Made by a program: the position numbers and the translations under genes. From NCBI GenBank assembly GCA_017467585.1, contig JAFUSR010000004.1:6624-70623 (forward strand): DNA of 64,000 bases, given 5' to 3'. Positions within the stretch are counted from its first letter, which is position 1; the number at the start of each line of letters is the position of its first letter. Below the pieces are notes generated by a model. The model did no database searches. It saw nothing but the letters and a program-made list of their open reading frames with translations, and was not told the origin of the DNA. Of the stretch, positions 62,801 through 64,000 are shown in pieces. Origin of the DNA: Clostridia bacterium (GTDB lineage Bacteria; Bacillota; Clostridia; Christensenellales; UBA1242).

Positions 62801-64000
62801 CAAAAACAATTCACAGTAACCTATGGAGCACTGCTTGCAGACCTCGTTGCAACCAACAACCCAGGATTTAAGGCAGCAGTATTTACTGATGGAACAACAA
62901 CATATACCTCAGCAAGCAGAATGCCAGCAGGCGCTCTCAACTTAGCGGCAAGATTCGAAAGAGAAAAATATACAATTACATTTACAAGAATTTCTCAAAC
63001 TGTTGCAGAAACAGGAACAACATCGTTCACAAAACAATGTGTAGACACAGTTTCTGCTCAAGAACCAGTTCTTGTTGGTGGTACAATTTCTGTAACTGAG
63101 GTTGCAAACGTTTATTATGGAACAAACGTTAAAAACCTTGTTGCTGTTGAAGCATACGACGGATTTACATTCGTTGGTCTTTGGGATGGCAGCGATTACA
63201 TAACAGATTCAACAACAACTCCTGCAGAAAACAAGACATATGTTGCAAGATTCAGCAGAAAATCTATTGCGACAAGTGTTGGATATGATTCAGCTCACTT
63301 TAGCTCAGTAACAATCAAATTAGATGGCGAAACATCTAACCTTTCTAGCACCGACACAACCGTGGGAACAAAAGTAACAAAAGCCTTCAATATTCCTTAT
63401 GGTGCAAGAGCAACAATAACAATTGTTACACAAAGTGGTTATGAATTAAATCAACTTAAATTTAACGACACAGTTATTTCTAGCTCAAGCATAATTGAAA
63501 CAGTAGAGAACTTGGTATATACCTATACCTATACCTTTACTAATGCTCACCTTGATCTTGTTGTGGATATTTCAGGAAAAGCCCATGCAACAACACCTTA
63601 TACTATAACTGTTCACAAGCAAAATCTTGACGGAACCTATACAAACGAAACAGCAGTAGAACACAATGGTCCTACAGGCTCAGCTGTTGCAATTAATGCT
63701 CTTAGCGAATACACCGCTCCAGCAGGCTACTTCTTCGTTGGTTGGAAAGAAACAATCAGTGATGAACTTAATGCTGACGCAACAGATTCGTTCATTATAA
63801 ATGGTTATGGCACATCAACAGCTCATCTCTATTTCAACAGACAAGTTTATGCAGTAAGCTTCTCTTATAACGATGCCGCTGCAATCAGTGTAACAAACCC
63901 AACTCTTGCTGTTGGAACAGGTGTTACAAAAATTGAAAACACATTCTATGTTACATATGGTGCAACAGTTGCGTTCTCTGCAACAACCAGAGCAGGATAT
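41843..64000 (+). CDS. Giant repetitive surface protein (>=7386 aa, runs off the window): N-terminal TM anchor, BspA-type LRR region, many InlB B-repeat-like modules
   Basis: ATG 41843 with AGGTGG RBS; reads MDRDTTT...RRTRLLLIIFSSIFFLAAVIVPIVIF...YTGSSKNVVIPATVG; recurring GYxFxGW...LYAxW; same frame gives ATVAFSATTRAGY at 63962-64000; the ORF track lists no terminated ORF in this frame, consistent with no stop. Confidence 0.92.
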   Translation, partial: MDRDTTTQTTYRDYSSDTNKKGMSRRTRLLLIIFSSIFFLAAVIVPIVIFTRGTDKSVTEERNVGDFLMRYVLERDQNNNVVDEYYEIIRYTGSSKNVVIPATVGNVKVVSVLDGAFSSSSREFNKSIESITVAKDDRNDSYNLVSIGNSAFNGCEALSTFTIPDSVETVGAYAFTGSGIQNLVINDASVLKFDKNSLVDANSLTTVTIVGASSQINRDLNLNSDTIENVDVKAASVNFGGAALTGLTNFHTLSVYNISSDNFTIDASNFEDSNITTLNIYFAEEHLTKRFMEKFQAVGSYIEEINLAGGITYLDAGSLSYFTRLKKVAFTDNATVDISVLGAQTYNSQIFQYYHSTDTAFGGYDDVDGTDYVMRLMNLDNRNVLSSRFLNLFKTSQVKRVDLPENITEVDDNAFVRYINLTNLNFGRNSKIIRIGTDAFGSTDIDSQTVNISGLVVTGPVSVGNLDDESRVYTEFNTSSGRYAARYSYNGETTKGSYKVTVNLKVILEPVRPNVSFPTVEDIGTENNQRNGESFDVAYNASILNALKQKGFTQEALFKNTDARNINWHLDGWYLDEDYQTELTDDVLMTEEYSGGVVVYAKWSVLNNREFNVLYYYQTVDKSGYEQRGSVTVDSFAPNDYVDLMTVDAVSKVEPGYTIKTAAASSSDTQYSVLTGYNTIKNNNTHHFVIYFNRNEYSITFNDNVQEYSINPASFVDGTDLEKYNKIVFKSDITLPVMERAGYEFKGWTTTQNGQVVYTDTLSYSYTSNITLYAVWEAQTVEVRVEIQREIAQTEQGYEFSSGGGTLVFEDLFYADQLMSDVYNQIDSLRPDAVKGYKYYKAEVEENARVSGDKANNIIVVKYIKKLYSIKVNLNDHGSASHETANPYSPMTKTYKYLDSIGVWAEAERHGYKFNSWFYDSACTKQVGVDDQIGTNANLPENLSEFTIYAGWERENFVVAFSSNFGTPTVTDRTYGYDDEGTLPPSFTRSGYSFVGWSLSETGEVEYVFDGTKISYVDVNRLYEDYLLHKVDDKLNMYAQWKANKYNFRFHSNTESESTSNASIVLNETPLNMNIFERPGYNLVGYNSREDGTGVSIKTSEELYNYILTHLDEYAEAQLLSLYTEWEARDDTKYRINIKLQTLNPESYEDANAIIIQTGTTDTVVDSSDVLELISSNYGTYVNGFSYERMESNNQFKIAGDETLEINVYYQRRSIKVKVLVHEDSVNCVIVGLEGEHVTYDDVEDQYLVVFGSEYTITAVPVDGYVFDAWKVDSVTVGTTENLHFVVDGVDDITYVANVISKRWTVSYDGNGATEGEVASTYLTYNVIGNLAENAFVKHGYTFKGWSEDADSVFGVDDEHIYSNALAVETVNELYAITHGESLQLYAIWQANSFVITLTEKEDDVDAEATIDVLYDGSAVLPDSEEISDFIKHGYTLVAWKLSEETEFAPAYQLTVDEINALYDIYEESEEPKAVKLFARYEANSFALTYTAGTGVGANKTVVAYYDDNEFVLETAATANFAKTGYTFDKWTYNNGTTDVEVSGSGTTLVNGLYDYVTENNLSGLTLVANWTANHYIVKFVGVKAVLDDGSQTLSELTLLDDVLSDTEVQYHAATGTEDAYYYIECVYDQTLKLAKNYYKLGEEYNGESAYKFSAWRNRTTLLTYAAETEGLKNLTAEADGVVEFETVWQQGSTEYRFRAWLEQLDGSYVEVDINDENYLKYYTSYISGYFTTDETINNISVVTDQLVVPGFNYAGEYYTNQENNELKVTESTLLITLKYQRDVYSVVIDDQNGSIELETTDGLGVRLIDENQYEIKFGAILNASAEAKTGYLVRGYVVNGEVIPSSDTVYTITDEYNYGEATISLDVDPIEFVVEYFDGDNSLLSVDYSYDSGANLYIAPKVGYSFSGWKYTKGGSDLDIVYNALENAAFEVDRDIINELFARAGYDEETEKYVSKLYAGYEAIEYKVFFDPAEGSIRGEHQQTLVTVMYGEEYNISTYISEFYRKGYHIINFVAVNSNEGEIKFDSTNGDSLAEKAKTSNYTFINLTSISGATVTVSPVWEADTFAVVYKANQGSGADVEELWQYETTEGIEFYDGHTFAHEGYTLIGWSVSPDATQATYVIGEDATEVTVAIVADLYELYLASDNEQAVLYAVWRANKYKVYYLAQEHAGASTTVDDVVVDPVGFEKDDNGYYIEYTYDQEYVFADNFYILEGYNFVGWLFDEQTYIAGDVLSNLTSAADGVVEIYTIWQAKTFAVEYNSNKPEANNGEVEGQIENGLATFDASFVVSNEQYSLFGYTFGGFAEEGETTALGEVSAAGVNQWFRDLYNEETGDADNKVLYAIWAANQVEVSYNANTGSYASTVTQRTITYSYDQQDARYIANPTKQGYTFVGYNVSAEAVVADYIVPATGEFVQEEVNRIYAYASEQTENPAPYEITLYAIWQANSYTITFDENTPAYATVSQTAESAEVVFDQSLEGLYVARANGYTFVGYYTDSAAGDRLFNQTGELVASVDGYTDASANWIHADDATVYARYEINNYNLTVHIDEHFDAATLVVKVDNQIVSPESVENGNYIYTIEFHKTAEISLSTIAGYTFAANAVVNDGLQALEFETNTNSQITSLTTPLSYVVDATENEVQNNIEFNSLAILYEITINTNGNVANAVVNGGEISVSHDGDTWKFNDYYGNVANIYITTADGYYISAATGLDVANVIKEDNTYSKITEDFTISYVASQNIINLTIVAYYYQINIDAGAQNAKIAIKYEVNGEQITSESANSAVVYAEYNAKTLRYKVENEYYLVKEIITTYAGYTANSVVDQLDETLVYVSADGEKLNTTLINSWSKVSNEATNAVVRYTPNADTIYTVKFMKKVLGEDSFVESGLTMQFHGETDSEITYQMIINELQASGASFPTITGFDRDTDDQTKFAALNGVVTINGDGSSEVEINYVREFYALNIVVYSQDAFGNYIKDSVSGGTITTAAQTYEYEYLVELTSIANTGFQEAVWYKSFDPDTKTGELAENFEITAQTNLVAVFSRRIYSLSLVTMWQEIADAVNGSYVVYTLGDLVSGSGDYRFGQAVTITNLDKTGFTFEGFYADELMQGDAVSVVGYTMPSENTVLYAKYTRQSFVVTLEADRGIASANLSETIGVTEVEEGVSYDVFYGVTFDVLFEVRTGYAETVITLSNDIENPIEIEDGVNSYEIAYNYLQDITISIETVAQDVGYVVEVYLQNMTSTDNNNFVNNYTKFGADQRVSAYTDQTVTISEILELFESAITGSTYYAYSINGASEILVSAGQNDSFVVAGEGTDVVKLYTIRNVYRVEVAERGDLGGVGSLNIAIAEGENLGYIVESGEGYAEVRYGSELTITIVLKRGYKFDETALVYEGLADATHNVTVESDVQTALCSTGRVTADGTISINSVAKQYTIEFNANSNPVIDRIVTGEVESQTATIGQELKLNKNQFETDGFTFLGWSEISMSTIAIFADEDTVDVDNIFGFYTSVGENGTLTLYAVWQAKTIAVEYYNQDGEKVAEDEFTFSRDAVAAEAANRVGFEFNNWVLSVDETFVLGSGEELSSTKVNRLYRLLVEKNQTKAVFNASYTGLNIDINIQQYVLKLNGINVEDKSSAASYQHISSEVVYNETKADEDFIYNNIKNSSQIVLEGFTPYAYQAKDGSFKTFASAGSNKFNPNLDGSEILIIYYTRNAYTITVVPNNGLSTNPTFDAYYGSNLIANINAQNFGFVKNGYSLVGYKYNGEEVAQEATVIAEPMEVSAEWEADTFTVSISANGGVLVDSEAQTSFVATFDNNDGLTFDTGLFERVGYIFVGYGNTPDAAFDSVFTSANKATVNSWYNEANVGKDGIKVIYAIWSARYFNLSIASGDENSSSAATIAFTYGSTTLSLDEVANKLYVRYGSNKIYFGTNLVDQRNAANEIDSIEATRHGYTIAGFADNGTFYINESENLLLANYAQTEDLSLVAEWIAETRMLQVLVDARVATVVAELGGSTVEPSSVSNNIYTYSVYYEAEVLVTATTATGYSFIAGITGATYSNNDKQVDVEIVILDSNSISLRTEADTFSIKYNSNRSESTVVVPDNTTAIYGLSLTLSTNVTGNETVLGYHFAGWTTEQDGTEIISNNISAETVQAWYAETGVGKGGIKNVYAVWEADTFTVEFNTDGGNNLDSITATYGADSFNAELPSATKHGYNFTQWYAEAEKENVIADDAESITRLYNKYFAAGKEGAVTIYAAYEEATFNVGFDADPVSAEYEDKTLSYGNGAEIYVDAEQNPSRQGYDFVGWTVNGETVISALDASDGSIDAETVNALYDLWEEYKDADDLLILVASYTERYDTEYKITVLVDDAEGTSNVQYQNIIIATGRTNAEITFETVREVAERQYLELADTDKFVIVDGWIDASATIAADNSSVARIRYQRARKSVSVSVQTENLDGTYGEATEPVSTGSAAGEGGSVSINGNLTKYGAKLSDILSASASSGYQLEGYYINGERVVAGYTISGDVAVVARFARKTYSITVIQQYQTVEDVLSGTYSTDAEHVAGTSEVTAEYKFGELLSNVAVTRMVNPGFEYVGALTAEGAAFTSADVVVDGTNTIIARFARQTVSATISYDGTMVSAEDIKIIGSNARPNDHSIAISNDAFTIIYGEAYVLQIKTIAGYVVSDVTVNGDSVTVTDVTPAGDTTFIKSYTVSETAGTGLNIEIISGANTEVTYVIHYMTQGVDGAYVDFEQVTYNNGITGQTKLISTFTSATEVAKTEGLAEKLASKTYLGWARNATSADNLSRTTAFVIAGDGTTEIYLYYKQFTFTVSAYGEGTISQAHLYGATPRTIESTISGASSISTLFYEDNVVLTINVEHGYKLTALSLNDIDVDVQSVVVVPDGTNTYEQYRFTFNVADYATGLVDNDIFEIVNTLEANIYTVEFYAFDADSEATPLATQNISVGSTVTLTAGEDITGLAIGGYDFAGWATAAGSRIGSYAYADGAEVINLSREENGIVKLYARYTAQQYSVTFDYDNGTENEVKYYSVDETTKEIELGSAAKYGYTFTGWTLVTETDSAEIDSTGLKLLVSANAYQNYEVKALYTENKVVVTYDGNYEGATSTTIEYNFDDSQTDSFPEFVRGGYDFVAWLDDSDAINEFNIHSLYARALEKAGGVVTNGRVSLSLNAEWEARNDTPFNISLVFPKFGTPATQTIQISGYGTTDSEITISLVQGFITANASAIETELGELMIGFEMAADTDFGGATISGEEVVTVEVEYLRKQFTLTLVEKYMNLSGEYVVGTEGGSFDQTPNTVLYNASLTELLANTAATGFTLAGFVDHKGTEYAANADIHMLAEDTTIYGLFERNTHSVTFASITQTYAEALAGGYSQNCDATNGGTFDVVGSETSTISNVFFGTLISSLYTYEAHYGFEFAGLYDGETRLADDATVVDADKTYQIRFNRLVIVVNVNYDSDYIKTVTITGDGVQDHTDGGNQGSRARIGSGISRFSSDATMAVAKFDVAYGTSATITIVTHSGYQLESLSLNGVLVNPDEIHETGDYLQYTYTYTFDNLYIDLVINASTKSYEYTPYKIYVYEQQLNGTYIETIHKVVDGEDEYIAEYYELVGPTDYNVVISTLQQYSAARPGYHFVGWKYTDSATVLTNINNDASGSFSIKGNGTSVAQLFFDRDIYDVTFTYAEDALAGVSNPQISGEYGVTASTVMFGAAVTFSATVAAGYTLGSITPNSREQVVAYENGKAEFVVETLAAGATSYVIQINATANKYNVYYHSFDQTASTEAGNYVARDEFTYARAQNLKAYSEMQAELEIDGYVFNGWVNAADHTATSKLLERTYADEQSVVSLSTGEAVHLWAVYLPNSYTVTYVYDNGTANLVETYQTSEDDRTINLTAPTKYGYTFANWTLADGDTTASVEGLVLTINRDTDDNHTLTANYLANKVVVTYDASSKNGVAGTVSPVSKEYTYDSADEESFPTAAIDGYDFNGWDVTVDEVTTLLTDLVINDLYDYAIASGATVTNGKVALTLVANYTARTDTKYKIQVKLQDLDVLETAETYTLAAEVDGEGTTDTDVTYANVLNFVLADEDAAGMLTGFTVVSAGAFAEDNANLNIAGNGSTVVVLRYTRNTYTLTIVNTTMGLDGEYVESDEGGILPSLDGETTRPLTIPYDAVLTILDASQGDAEPGFTYRGIFDAEGTEYTASSKMPARDLTVYARFERDKYTITFEGKTQSVSAAETSTYDINVSATEGGELSVSTVSDVYFGTMVYDLVEITTFTGYTYEGLFDEDGDLVASDATITGETTYVARFTRNKISVSVSYNANYITASTVDILVLGLSTKDGSVFKVPYGAEATLVFTTVSGYILDSVKFNGTDETIANSEVTPSANNLVYDYAHEFVNNYTELAINILTKGYEHTPYKVYVYEQQLDGSYLQVDIDQTTEGTTDSSVIVSSLAKYGVAHTGFHFAGWNLTGATASSATYNSDAQGTFLISGDGERCVYLYFNRDVYNITFSYNAAATISVSNPVLAATAGLTQVDGAYQVMYGTTLSLTATVSRGYTITQINPNAQGEIDYNAEGTQFVVSTLASGANNYNILIEAQANTYNVNYHKFNTAAVLETDAVAYDQDYTLRAYASFVDGTTEILAIGGYTFAGWTRDNSGSKLTAATYGDAESVKNLGYQEGESVDLYPVYTAGSYTITYVYNNGAANAETTYAVQESDRIITLETPVKYGYTFTEWTADNTTGLTISGNQITVAADQYANRIITANYYKNTVTVTYDAGSGNIGGNQTKVVTYTYDSQTPSDEFPVATYDGYIFVDWSVTVGGEAKHETSLNINRLYDYAISNGATITNRNVNITLVAVWIPDPNTEYTINAVLAGVDQTVVEQTKTTTGKGLTDSDVAYADVVAFVQENLASDIVGFEFESQSAFEANNTNRNINGNKSTVVTIHLTRKSYTLTVTNMTMGLDGAYTQSIVGGQVNGSNGETQKQFTVTYGALLADLVATNNPGFKAAVFTDGTTTYTSASRMPAGALNLAARFEREKYTITFTRISQTVAETGTTSFTKQCVDTVSAQEPVLVGGTISVTEVANVYYGTNVKNLVAVEAYDGFTFVGLWDGSDYITDSTTTPAENKTYVARFSRKSIATSVGYDSAHFSSVTIKLDGETSNLSSTDTTVGTKVTKAFNIPYGARATITIVTQSGYELNQLKFNDTVISSSSIIETVENLVYTYTYTFTNAHLDLVVDISGKAHATTPYTITVHKQNLDGTYTNETAVEHNGPTGSAVAINALSEYTAPAGYFFVGWKETISDELNADATDSFIINGYGTSTAHLYFNRQVYAVSFSYNDAAAISVTNPTLAVGTGVTKIENTFYVTYGATVAFSATTRAGY
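54446..64000 (+). repeat. Diverged ~2.5-kb tandem super-repeats inside the giant gene
   Basis: AAA(C/T)ATGGTTACA anchor at 54446, 56999, 59549, 62033; second anchor near 58581, 61101, 63594. Confidence 0.75.

Noticed and set aside
42054-62809. Dozens of short ORFs on both strands in the ORF track
   Set aside because: Shadow frames of the single giant frame +2 gene

Overview
AT-rich chromosomal window from an endospore-forming Clostridia-like Firmicute (spo0A, yabP/yabQ, SpoIID-like, YyaC-like, soj/spo0J with three parS sites, ftsH, recD2), probably origin-proximal. Two structures stand out. (1) An integrase-free, tRNA-Ser(GCT)-anchored array of small gene modules (9538-~16200). Each module begins at an exact or degenerate copy of a tRNA 3' end followed by a hairpin, and carries a minus-strand cargo unit with its own terminator and, in the first three, its own promoter. 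Cargo: a membrane protein; YoaP-type GNAT plus TfoX; chloramphenicol acetyltransferase; a surface protein. A similar short peptide-coding remnant lies just right of three of the junctions. (2) A giant ORF missing from the ORF track, starting at 41843 and still open at the window end (>=7386 codons). It encodes an N-terminally anchored, acidic surface protein with BspA-type LRRs, many InlB B-repeat-like modules and ~840-aa super-repeats, behind a structured ~225-nt leader. Also notable: several apparently leaderless genes, a LexA box before cvpA, exact 39-bp parS spacing, and atypical residues in Spo0A and FtsH. All calls come from reading motifs by eye; no database searches were run.
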